Shown in pieces: positions 36,448 through 48,570 of a stretch of 64,000 bases of DNA; positions within the stretch are counted from its first letter, which is position 1; every line of letters begins with the position of its first letter. Source of the stretch: Selaginella moellendorffii. Its lineage: Eukaryota; Plantae; Lycopodiophyta. The position numbers were made by a program, and so were the translations under genes. A model generated the notes under the pieces. The model did no database searches, was not told the origin of the DNA, and saw only the letters and a list, made by a program, of their open reading frames with translations. The stretch is taken from assembly GCF_000143415.4 (NCBI RefSeq), contig NW_003314296.1:1339858-1403857 (forward strand), given 5' to 3'.

Positions 36448-37729
36448 ACTGTCAAGACCCCCAACAAGATCAAGACTGGAAAATGCAAAAAGACAAAGAG
36501 AAAAGCTAGTGGAAACAAAGAAGAGGCCTTAGACTGGTGTTGATTCAGATTGTGGAGAAATGGAACAAGGCTAACCTATATATACTATAGGTTGATGAAG
36601 CTCCACCACTCTTAGATCGAGGACGGCCTAAATATAGCTGAGGTCGAGGAGGCGCCACATCATCATCAGGAATGTGGTTCGAGACTCAGGAATCGGGAAG
36701 TGTCTCGAGAGTCAGGAATAGGGAAGTGTCTCGAGACTCAGGAATCGGGAAGTGTCTCGAGAGTCAGGAATAGGGAAGTGTCTCGAGAGTCAGGAATCGG
36801 GAAGTGTCTCGAGAGTCAGGAATAGGGAAGTGTCTCGAGAGTCAGGAATAGGGAAGTGTCTCGAGAGTCAGGAATAGGGAAGTGTCTTGATCATCAGGAA
36901 TGTGGTCTGCAGGTCAGGAATCCGGCGAAAGTCAGGAATGTGGCAAGAATTGGGGGATTCCTGACAAAACCAAGCCATACATAAATTCCAATCAAACATT
37001 GGAATTTATGTTTCAACCAATGAAACATAAATTGAAATTTAAGGAGAGTAGAATATCAATAATGTATAAAATGAAAATAAATACTACAATATATTTAACA
37101 TACGTAAGTGTGACAATTGTAATGTTACTATCATTTGTTATGATGTTTAATGCATACATGTCTATAGATCTAAGGAAGAGTTTTCAGCATATAGTGATGA
37201 TGTCAATAATAACATTTTGCTATGGCATGTAGATCCAAGATATTTGATCCAATTATCAACATATGTGAAGTGTCATTAGTTTATCAAATCTTACATGCTA
37301 GGTGATGTCAATAATGATAATTGTTAAATGATATATATTCAATTCTTAGTACGAGTCAAAATTTATCCATAAGTGTGAACAATACTTAATGACATTTAGA
37401 GCACATGCCACAAGTGCATGTGCTCTTACACAAGACAAAACCAAATTTATGAATGAGGATTCATCCATTCATAAATTAATATAGTACAACATAATATGCC
37501 TTATTTATACTCTTTAAAGTTCCTATAAAAAATCCAAAATATGTACCAAATATTGATGAAAATTAGTTTTATAAATAAACTAAGATCCGTGATATAGTAA
37601 TGTGGTGATAATGAAACAAACAGCAAAGATTTAAATTATTTGGAATGAGCAGCTAGGATGAAAGATTGGTTAGGGTTAGGGTAGCTACCAAGATTAGTTT
37701 TAGGTACTTTTTGTGCCATGAGTTGAGCA

Positions 37730-37960
37730 CAAGTTGAGTGCATGAGTGATTGAATGTATGAGAGATTGAGAGCATGAGTGATCAAACATACAAGAGATTG
37801 AGAGATTGAGCCAAGAGAGCAAGAGATTAAGCATGCAAGAAATCAAGAGTGCAAGAAATCAAGCATGCAAAAGATCAAGAGTGAGTGATATCAAGAGTAT
37901 GAGAGATCAAATGTGCGAAAGATTAAGAGTGAATGAGATCAAGCACATGAGTGGAAAACC
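37730..37960 (+). repeat. Degenerate ~16-bp tandem repeat (GAGATCAAGAGCATGA-like)
   Basis: Recurrent GAGAT(T/C)(G/A)AG(A/C)... units. Confidence 0.6.
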
Positions 37961-38023
37961 CAATAACAATGCAATCAAGGGTGAGTTTCTTCCATTTATT
38001 TTCTTATTTGTTTTGCTCTTCCT

Positions 38024-41000
38024 TGTGAGACACAAATCTTTAAGCCTCAAAGTGGAGCCAATAGAGTGCCACATGGTAGTGGCCAAACTGGAAGCCAAAT
38101 GAGCATAACATATTTGGACTAAAAGCTTTTACTTGAAAAGTCAAGAGTGGGAGTCAAATTCCTAATGAAGTGATCAATAAACGAGTCTTTAGAAAAGAAG
38201 ACATGAGATGAACTTAAGATGGACTTAAGATGGACCCGAGATGGAGTTTGAGGTGGAGTCTGAGGTGGACCTAAAATGGAGTCTAAGAAGGATTCTGAGA
38301 TGGAGTCTGAGATAAACCCAAGATGGACTTGAGATGGAGTCCAAGATGGATTCAAGATGGACTTGAGATGGACCCAAGATGGAGTTTAAGATGGAGTCCG
38401 AAATCGAGATTGAGACTGAGACTAAGACTAAGACCAAGACCGAGATTGAGATTGAGTCCAATTCCGAGACCAAGTCCAAGTCTGAGTCCAAGTATGAGTC
38501 TGAGATTAAGACTAAATCCAAATACTAATATAGGCTATGGGGTGAAAGCTCGAAGCAATCATCCCCCGGGGTAAGGAGAGTGTGGAGAGAGTATAGTAGG
38601 GAGAGTGTGGGGGTTGGACTCTAGTGGAACTAGTTTGGGTAGGAAAGGCTAGCATGACCCAGGAAAGCTATACCTATGTTGTGGGTGATGATATAACCAT
38701 TAGGGAGTCCAAAGTTAAAATGAATACAGATAGACAAATGGGGTGGCTTGGTGAGGTGTTCAAGAGCCGACTCTAGTTCCTAAGAGATTGAATAGTGGAT
38801 GCTCCTAGTAAGTGTGGGTGGCACTACCTACTTGGATATTTAGCATAACTCATTAAAACTTCACTCTAGCCACATGGCTAAGGCATTTAAAGGTAGAAAG
38901 GAGAGTACTTACAAAGCTTGCATAGGGTTGTAGTGTTTTGAAATATTGTTCTAAAGTCTTTAACTATAAAAAGTCCTCTTGTGTAGTGACCAAGGATACG
39001 GTCATGCAACAAGGAAGTTTTAAATGTCAATGGGACATAGTGATTGGGTCTTCAGGCTTTGACCTAGTGGTAGTGTTAGCAAATACAGCTGTGGATAGAG
39101 AGGGGCTTAGTAGGGACCGAAAAAGGGATATTGGGGAAAGTTATTCCTTATATTCCTAAGCATCCTAAGGATGATAAGATATGGTTCTGGGATGACTACT
39201 CATGGATGGATGGCCTTGTCTTTGAGAGACAGGACTACGGTATAAGTGGTCTAGGACTACTAATGAGACAAAGGTAAATGGACATAGCTTTAGTATAATA
39301 GGTTGATATGTCGATAATGCCTTTAGGGTGTTTATTATGGGATTGGATATATAAAGCACTTAGACCAAGTGTAAATGCTAAGTGGCATAGATGCCATTCA
39401 TAAGGCCAACAAGTCCCCAAGTCAAGAATATAATTTATGGAGATTGTGAGTGAGACCCCTCTAAATGGTCAGAGGTGTGGTTAATTGACTAAAGTAGAAT
39501 GGAAAGTTTACTCCTTTACAACTTAGTATTAGAACTATTTTTTAGTCTAACTTTTATTAGTGGTCAAGTATATCACCACTTGATATTGGCATTAGAAAGT
39601 CCTAACAGTGGGTTTGTCCTTGAGGAGTGGCATGTTAAGAGGGCATGACTCTCCACTTGAGTTCATACGTGTATATATAAGAAATGTGATGGATAGAAAG
39701 GGATTATGACTTTGGGATCTTAGGAACAATTGAAGATTTTTCTTATAAAGTTGAGGATGTGATCCATATAAGCATTTGACTTAATAAATAAATTAATATG
39801 ATTATAGTAAACAGTTACAATTGGGATTACGAAAAAGATAGAAACTCTAAAACAATAAAGGAGTCACAGGATTATCCTCATATAGTTGAGGATGGTACTC
39901 ATGAATTTGAGACTAGAGTTAATGGTTGTGAAAGGTCAAATACAAGTGTAAACATATGTTTTTGAAATGGTAGCAAAAGCTGCCTTTAATAAAGATCAGA
40001 AAAACCTAAGGAATTATGGGGTGCACTTAAAGGATGAGTTGATATTCTCATCATATGGGAAAATAGTTCTAAGTGGCAAAAGTAGCCTATGTAGAATAAA
40101 GGATAAGCAAGTGTTGGAGTAACACTTGAGAAGATGATCCTTGTGAATAAAATATGAATACAAGAAGTTGTATTTGAGTGTGGTGGCACCTCAAAAGTAG
40201 CCAAGAAGCTAAGACTTTATAAGATATTGGATTAATAAATTCCAAAAACTAAATGACTTAATAGAGTCAAAGGATGGTCCCAAGAGCTTAAAAGAATTTT
40301 GGTTGAATATAGGTGTGTTATACCCTACGAAGGACTGGGAAGATCGTGAGATCCAAATATAATTATAGTAGGTATCTCATTAATGGCGGAAAGTGTCATA
40401 CTAAATTTGTGAAAAGGTGCTTATGGAAGACAATAACATTGGCAAAGAGTTGTATGTGAATACTATAAAGCAGTGCTAACCAATAGTTGGTATTAGAAAC
40501 AATTACTTTAGTCTTGGCAAAACCTAGACACATATGGAATGTTTTGAGGGTAAGCTCATGGAGTTGATTGGGTGGAGCCCCAAATGTCTCAAGGGATAAT
40601 ACCTTGAAGTCAAGTTAGTGGGTTCATAAAAACTCCTTATTAAAGGAATTCCAATGGAAGTAGGATTGCCATAGGTTAAACTGGAAGGTATACAACTCGA
40701 GTGCATTAACCCAAATAAGGATAGAGGTGTGGAAGCACATGCAATAAGTTGTAAGACTTGATGACTATGAAATAACTAAGTAAAAGGTGTGGCATAATTG
40801 ATTGGATTGATGGAAATTATTTTCCTAAAATTTTTTATTAAGATAAAAAGGAGGTTAGATATATCCTTTAAGGGATAAATTGCTTATATTGAGATATAGT
40901 GAGTCAATAGCGTAAAAGAAAATTTTTAAGGCCATTATTGGGATATCTAAACACTCTAAAACACCAAGAAGTTGTGTTTGGTATCATGAAAGTGTTAAAC

Positions 41001-43430
41001 AAAGTATAAGGGATTAAGTCTTTAGCGAAAAATAGATAGAAGGTGTTATCTAACATCTAAGGTTGCGGAGACAGAAGAAGTTCATCTATTTGAATTGAAT
41101 AAAGCCAAAAGAATTTTGGCAAGACTAGTGATAAACATACAAAGGCTCATGAATAATAATGTTGATTTTGGTGTGTGGAATTATAAGGTGAGCATATCTA
41201 AATTGAAGAACCACTCCCTAGGCCATCAGGTAGGTTCATCCCTAGGAATATTTACTAAGGCATAATAAAAAGTGCAAAGCTAACCTCTTAGTTGGGAAGG
41301 GAATAACTGAAGGGAATATAAAAAACTAAAAGCAAATAGTAAAGAGATAAAACCAAATTATAAGAATCGAAAGGTATAATTAAGGTGGTTATGTAAGTTG
41401 GGAGTGGAGAATCAAATAGGTGTTCAAAAGTATTGTTATTGACAACTTTGGTGCCATAGTGAGTCTAAAGTATAGGATTGCCCATGTTAAACCATATGCC
41501 AGTTAGAAAGCTTGTGATAGGAGAAGTTTTAGCAAACTAAGGGATAAACTTCCTTTAATATTCCTAAAGAATTTTCTGGCAAGTTAGTACTTAGAAAGAT
41601 AAATGTAAATGATTCATACTGAAGCGCAAAATAAGAGTGGTGCAACAAAAGTGTGACCTTGATGCTTGCTGTAAGATGAGGTTATCAAGGTTGGGAAAAT
41701 AGTTCCCAAGTGTTCAAAGAGATGGCTTTGAGTGAAAGTCAATGTTTAAGGACTTTCACACTTATATATAAAACCATGTTATATTCGTCATGTGACTTGC
41801 TAAATGAGAATGGCAAGTTAGAAGAACAAATACTCTAAAGTGTTGACTTCAAAAGAGGTGGCCTATAAAGCCAAGTATGGAGGAGTTTATGCATGATCAC
41901 AAGCTAGTCAACTACAAGTGAAAGGACCTAAAAGCTTGGAAGAACTAAGTTCCTAAATTGTGGTCGATAACACACATTGGATAAAAGTTAGTGCACCTGC
42001 ATGGGGAGTCATGCCAAACATCCTGGGTGATACTGTCAATAAATGCATATACAAAGGTTGGGTTCGAGTCCTAACTCTCTAGTGGTTAAAATCTCAACCT
42101 ACTAGGGCATGATGATGGTTTGGAATATGATGACACTCATTTTTCGGTAATCATGGTCTCTCATAGCTTGGCCACACCGCTAAGTGGGGGATGCTCTAGA
42201 GTCGTGATGTATGGCTAGAGTGTTTAGCATGAAAGGTTGGCATATCTAATTTGAACACTTTGGTGCAAATGGCATTAAAGATGTGTTGAATGAGATGAGA
42301 ATATATAATTTAGGTTGTTATGGACCTTTAGCTGAAAGGGCTAGCTTTGCCGCACCACCAAGTATAGGGGATGCCCCCGGGGTTGTAGTCAACAACTTAA
42401 AGGCCTAGGTAGACTCAATGCTATTTGTAAACACATTAAGTTATTTATTAATTCCATGGTTGATTGTTAAAAATAAGCTCTTTGGTGGTTTAAAAAATAG
42501 TGTTTTTAGTTCAAAGTAGTGATTTGAACAAATGGTATGGTGTGACTTTGTCAATGTGACCCAGTGGGAAAGACATTTAAGAGAATTAAGTTGTGGCAAT
42601 ACAATGGTATTGTGAGTCAGAGAAAATAATCTTTTTTCTTATGAGAAGGACTTATGAGAAGGTTGTAAGGTTGGGCCGTGAATAGAACCCAAAGCAGAAA
42701 ATATTAAGAAAATTTACTAGGGGTGAACATCTTTAGATTTGGCAAAGTAGAGCCTTTAGTATAGAACTAAAAGGATACCTCAAGGATGGAGGCAATAGTC
42801 CTATATTGCTTGTTACAAATAATCAAAGGATAGGAGCAAAGGACTAGTGACCGAGAATGGGCACTAGAAATCACTAAAAGGAATCCAATTTATAAATTAA
42901 GCAAAGAATCACCTGATGGTAGATGCTAGCAAATTGTGGGAAAAAAAAATATATTCCCAAGGACAGGATTCCCAAATACTCCAATTTGTCGAAGGTGAAA
43001 GCTCCAAGAGATGGAGTAGGAAAATCCCCAAATAATAGGGTATAGATAACCTTAGCTTAAATTTAGAGTGGCATGAAATAAAAGAAAGGATGATAGTGCC
43101 CTTTAGTAAAAAAAATTCTAGGATGGGGAAGGGGAGTTTACACAATATATGCAATATGAAATGTTGAAGAACATCTAGAAAATTGACTCGAGAAGTCAAT
43201 ATTAAAGTTCTAAAGTGCGATAGTTATAATTGGTAAAGCCTATTCTGAAATGAATAGTAAAATTGAGACCAAAAGGATGTTTCTAATGGGTTTAGCAAGA
43301 ACTAAATAAATAAAGGAGAGAACCACTACAGGTGATCTAACAATTCTTTAAATTGGAGAGACTATGCTCTTATGAGGATGGGTAAAGCATGGTGAGCCTT
43401 TGGTGTCAAACCATTAATAAATATTGGCAA
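38024..43430 (+). mobile_element. Old truncated family-A copy A'' (5' LTR 38024-39520 plus interior, no 3' LTR)
   Basis: Colinear with 13457-19200 and strongly CpG-decayed. Confidence 0.85.
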
Positions 43431-43512
43431 ATGTTAATCTTTTATGAAAGGATGTTATTCCTCATTATGAAGCAATAGTGGGTATATATCTATAACTCAT
43501 TCTTGAATCTAT

Positions 43513-43564
<52 letters not shown>
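43513..43564. repeat. (TA)n microsatellite
   Basis: Directly visible. Confidence 0.95.
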
Positions 43565-43571
<7 letters not shown>

Positions 43572-43596
43572 TATTATTTTATTTTATTTTTGTGTG

Positions 43597-45088
43597 TGTG
43601 AGTGCTTGGAATATGGAAAGGGAATACAGAAAATGTGTATATCAATTAACCCAAAAACCTTAGCTTATATACAGGAGCGAGTGGTCCGGATTGAAACTAA
43701 TTCAATGGTTACCAAAATCCCACTACGCTAATATTAGTATACGGCATCGTAGCCGTTGTGTAACTGAGAAGCTGCACAAGTCTTTCTATTAGCCAGAGAT
43801 GCGACGAGATATTATCCGGTATATGCATAGCTGTGTTTGGTGCCAAGTTCGTAATACTCCCCCTCGTGCTGCGGAAGGACGGTTGGAGTCAATTACAATT
43901 TCCCGTCCATTTGAGTTGGTGGTATTTGATCTTATGAGACCTTGTCCATAGTGGACTGTTGGCAATGAGTATGTTACTATTGCTTCTGACTACTTGACTC
44001 GTTGGGTGGAAGTTGGTGCTTTTGCTAGTGCCTTTGCAACTACTGTTGGATACTTCCTCTTCAATCGAGTGGTGTTCTAGCATTCTTGTCCAGAGCGGAT
44101 TCTTTCAGATAATGATAAGGCATTTTATGTTTTGACGTCTCAGTTGGGGATACACCACACTTTTATGAGTACTTATCATCCACAGTTAGATGGTTTGGTG
44201 GAATGGCTCGTTCGGACGTTCAAAGGGATGATTGCGAAGTATGTGAACTTTCAGCATTCGGATTGGGATGGTTATTTACCTCTCTTCGATATGCATATGT
44301 CATGGGGGTGCAGAGTTCTATTGATGCTTCACCATATAAACTCCTATATAGTTATGATCCAATATTACCAACGGAGTTGGGTTTATCTTCGCGATTACCA
44401 TGAGCTACCAATGCTACGGCATGGGATCAATATTTGACAAGCATTCTTCCACTTGTCCAAGCAGAGTCTGCCGAACACTTAAGTCATGTACAAGTGGGAC
44501 AACAATGGCGCTACAACTCCCATCATTGTCCACTTGCGGAGTACAAAGTGGATAACTTAGTGTTGGTTTGTTTTCCCCATCTTATGGTACATGGTTTATC
44601 TAAGAGGCTCCTTGCTCAGTGGAAAGGACCGTATTAAGTGTTGCGGCAAGTGGGACCACAAGTTTATAAGGTTCGGCATGACGTCCAACTGGCCGATCCT
44701 CCAAAAATTGTGCATGTGTAGCGATTGAAATGCTTCATACAAAGGGATTAGGAGTAGTTAATACCACCTACAGATCCATCAATGCCTCCTCCTGATGTTC
44801 CTCCAGATCCTGGCCCATCTATAAGAGAACCCTGATGGTCTTCCATTATTCCGAGAGAAGGGGATGATGTGAGGGCCAAGTGTACAGGGACAATTGAAGG
44901 TGCCTCTCACCTCCACCAATGTGAGTGTTTGGAATATGGAAAAGGAATATAGAAAATGTGCATATCAATTAACTCAAAAACCCTAGCTTATATACAGAAG
45001 CGAGTGGTCCAAATTGAAACTAATTTGACGGCTACCAAAATCTCACTACGCTAATATTAGTATATGGCATTGTAGCCGTACACTTGGC

Positions 45089-45095
<7 letters not shown>
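43597..45095 (-). mobile_element. Deleted and rearranged gypsy element D1 (176-bp LTRs, inverted integrase segment)
   Basis: LTR copies at 43597-43756 (truncated) and 44920-45095. PBS TGGTGGAG (tRNA-Ala-type) 44918-44911. Integrase relic (STYHPQLDGLVE, WKGPY) is on the + strand. Confidence 0.75.
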
Positions 45096-45125
<30 letters not shown>

Positions 45126-45273
45126 TGTAGCCTAGCTATTGATGCTATATATATGCATATTTTCTAGGCCCATTGTTGAGTAATTGTGATAGTGCTCAAG
45201 CAAAATTTGTAAACCCATGGAGCCATTTGTCTTATGCAAAAAAAAAGAAGTATATTTAACACCAAATATAATA

Positions 45274-46054
45274 TGTGAATGCTTGGAATATGGAAAGGGA
45301 ATACAGAAAATGTGCATATCAATTAGCCCAAAACCCCTAGCTTATATACAAAAGCAAGTGGTCTGGATTGAAACCAATCTGACAGCTACCAAAATCCCAC
45401 TACACTAATATTAATATACGGCAGCGTAGCCGTACCCGTGGCCCTCACATCATCCCCTCCTCTCAAAATAATGGAAGACTATCAAGGTTCTTTTGTACAC
45501 GGGCCGGGATTTAAAGGAACGTCAGGAGGAGGCATCGACAGATTTGTAGGTGGTATTAACTGCTCCTAATCCCTTTGTATGAAGCATTTCAACTGCTGCA
45601 CATGCACAATCACTAGAGGATCAGCTTGCTAGACGTCATGCTGAACCTCATAAACTTGTGGTCCAATTAAATAAACCACGTACCATAAGATGGGGAAAAC
45701 AGACTAACACCAAATCATCCACTTTGTACTCCGCTAGTGGACGATGATGGGAGTTATAGCGCCGTTGTTGTCCCACTTGTATGCGGCCTAAGTGTTCGGC
45801 AAACTCTACTCGGACAAGTGGAAGAATGCTCGTCAAATACTGATCCCATGACCTAGCATCGGCAACTTGTAGCAATTGCGAAGGTAAACCCAGCTCCGTT
45901 GGTAATATTGGATCATGACCATATAGCAGTTTATATGGTGAAGCACCAACAGAACTCTGCACCCTTATGACATATGTATACTGAAAAGACGGCAAATAAA
46001 TATCCCAATCCAAATGCTGAAAGTTCACATACTTCACAATCATCCCTTTGAATG
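45274..46054 (-). mobile_element. Family-D fragment D2: 3' LTR 45274-45449, PPT and integrase C-terminal relic
   Basis: LTR is homologous to 44920-45095. ORF 45648-46043 matches 44200-44640. Confidence 0.8.
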
Positions 46055-47511
46055 TGTCACGAATGTGATTTCGGGTATCGAAAAATACTTGTCAGTCAGT
46101 CCTTACGAACACTCTTTCTTTACTGCCATGATGGCAAAAGCTTGGTACAGCTGGTTCCCTTTATTCTTCCCACTTTAGTTAGTTGAGAAACTGGTCAATG
46201 ACCGTGTACTTAAATCGGATAAATATAAAGTAGGAACTCTATATGTTTCTTGCTGAGCATACTCAGCTTGGTTTGAGAAACTCCTGTCATTGGCTTGCAC
46301 TTGCTAGTATCAAGAACCCTTGTGTATTGAGACTAATCCCTCAATATCGTTGAATGATAGCTTACCGTGTTTGCTAAACACCCTCGCTATCATGCTTTTT
46401 GTGTTAGTCTCATTTCGGTCCCAAATGCTATTTATGGAAAGTGTCTAGATTAGTTCATTTGGCATATCTATGGAATGTAGAAATTGGCCTGAACACAATG
46501 GTATTTATCCCATGTCCAAATTCGCAATCTAGCACCATTCCATATTTAGTAAATTTCAGACTTGTCCCAGAGACTAACTCCTGGTACTAAGGGAGGCTTG
46601 GGGTGAAAGCCCAAAGCGTGTGTCCCTCAAGGGGGGCGGGGGGCTATAGGGGGTTCCAAATGTATAGTAGGGATAATGGTTGGAATGCATGTCCAACTAC
46701 TTGAGATATTAGTTTGGCTCCTGCTAGGCTGTGTTGCTCCTTATTCTGTGTCCGGCTTGGGTCTAAGCCCAAGCTCCATGCTGCTCTAGTCGGTGGGGTA
46801 CCCTCCTCCTTGCGTTAGGCCACCGGCATGCCAAAATTGTGCCAGACTCTGTCTGACACCATTTTGCGTGTAGGTGCTGGATACGGGGAGCTGGTGCTTG
46901 TGGGATTGTACTGGACCCTCGTTTCGTAACGCAATGGGCTTGAATCTTGGCTCCAAATTCAGGTGCGCTACATTTGGTATCAGAGGAATTGTCTCAGCAA
47001 TTCCTATCCAACTTTTGTCAAATTTTTTGACTCAAGTTGCATATGCAGAGACTTTTCTAGTAGATCAAAAGTGACCTGTGTAGGATTAGTTGGATAGCAC
47101 CATTCAGTAAGAACGTTGTATGCATGTTCAGTTACTGATAGAGGCATGCATGCAGCTAGCAGGATGGTGAAGAGGAACCGTGCTGATGATGCTGAAGCCT
47201 CTAGACGGGCAAATCGAGAAGAGGAAACTCCTGCTAGAGATGCTGCGGAAGAGGCTGAGGCTGAGTCAAAAGAGGAAGAGCCAGATGCTGCGGCATTACA
47301 GCGTACGGCTCAGGAAGTCGAGATTGAGAATTTGTGAAGGGAGATTCGCAAATTGAAGAAAGAGAGCAAAAAGAGGAAGAAAGAAGCTGAAGCAACTAAA
47401 CCAACTAAGCTTAAGCAACCGGACTCCTCTTCAAGTTCTGAGGACAATGAAGTTCTACAGCCACCCCCGGTTGCACGAGTTTCAAAGTTTAAGCCTCCAA
47501 AACCACCCAAC
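46055..47511 (+). mobile_element. Family-E 5' LTR (46055-46972), PBS TGGTATCAGAG and truncated gag start
   Basis: TG...CA ends and a Met PBS at 46975-46985. MVKRNRA...KFKPPKPP resembles the N-terminus of B gag (KKKRK...KYKPKPPP). Confidence 0.75.
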
Positions 47512-48049
47512 GGCAATATAATGTGGTTGGTATAAAGTACAAACTCAATTATATCGTGTTTAAAATGATATGACAAGATTTTTGCTGACAAAACTCTACT
47601 AGGCAAATCTTGGCTAAAAATTTCTTGTACAAACCAGAATTGGAAAAAATGGTTTTATACATATAAAACAAGGCAATCAGAAAAAATCTATGCCCATTAC
47701 TTCCACCACACAATTGGAAAAGAAAGATTGATCTCTCAAAACTCAATTTTATGATTGAGAGGAAGGCTTAGATAATTTCCAAGAACAACAAATTTTAGAA
47801 GCTTTTTTTGAAATTAAGCCAATTTCAAAAGTTAATCTCTATACAATAGTCAAAAAAATACCTAGACAAAAAGCCCCTAGATCAAAAATTAGTTTAGATA
47901 TAAAAGATTTCTCCACTAAAAGGTGAATCTTGCCTATAAAGTTGAATAACAAGGAAAATTATGTTTCATATGTTTCTTGTGATCACCCAAGCAAATCAAT
48001 TTAGTAGATGAGAATAATCTTTATATTATCACAATTGCTCAAGGATTGC

Positions 48050-48570
48050 AAAATGAATTTCACAATCAAGCCATAAATCTATTAAAAAACTACAAAGATA
48101 TTTTTACTTGGTCTTACACAAATTTAAAAGGCATCTTGCCAGAACTCTGTACACATTCTATTGAGATACTCTTGGGAAATATGCTTAAAATGTAGATATC
48201 CTAAAGGATGAATCCCAATTACCATAGTAAAGTCAAAAAGGAAATTGATAAACTCTTCTAAGTAGGATTCATCTATCCAATCTAGAATGCTCAATATATT
48301 TATTTTTAGATAGATTCTTTGACTATAACTAAATGGAAGTAACACCTAAAGATTAACATAAAATAACTTTTATAAGCTTATAAGGAGCTTATGCCTATTG
48401 CAAAATGTTTTTTGGCTTATACAATACTTTTTCTACATTTCAAAAAGTTGTTATAAATACTTTTAGAGAATATTTCACTGATTTTATAAGAGTTTTCATG
48501 GATGATTCTAGTGTTTTTAGCTCTAAAATAAAACATTTAATTTGCTTGCAAAAATGATTTCAAAAATACA
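48050..48570 (+). pseudogene. Decayed Athila/Tat-like reverse transcriptase relic
   Basis: Translated patches DIFTWSYTNLKGILPELCTHSI and VFMDD. Confidence 0.6.

Larger units (their letters stand above)
23660..36966 (-). mobile_element. Ty3/gypsy chromovirus C (Tcn1/Tf1-sushi-like), interrupted by element B
   Basis: LTRs at 23660-24138 and 36450-36966 (TG...CA), TSD AAACC, PPT GAGGAGGGGGTGC next to 24138. Domain order is gag, PR, RT, RH, IN, chromodomain. Confidence 0.93.
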
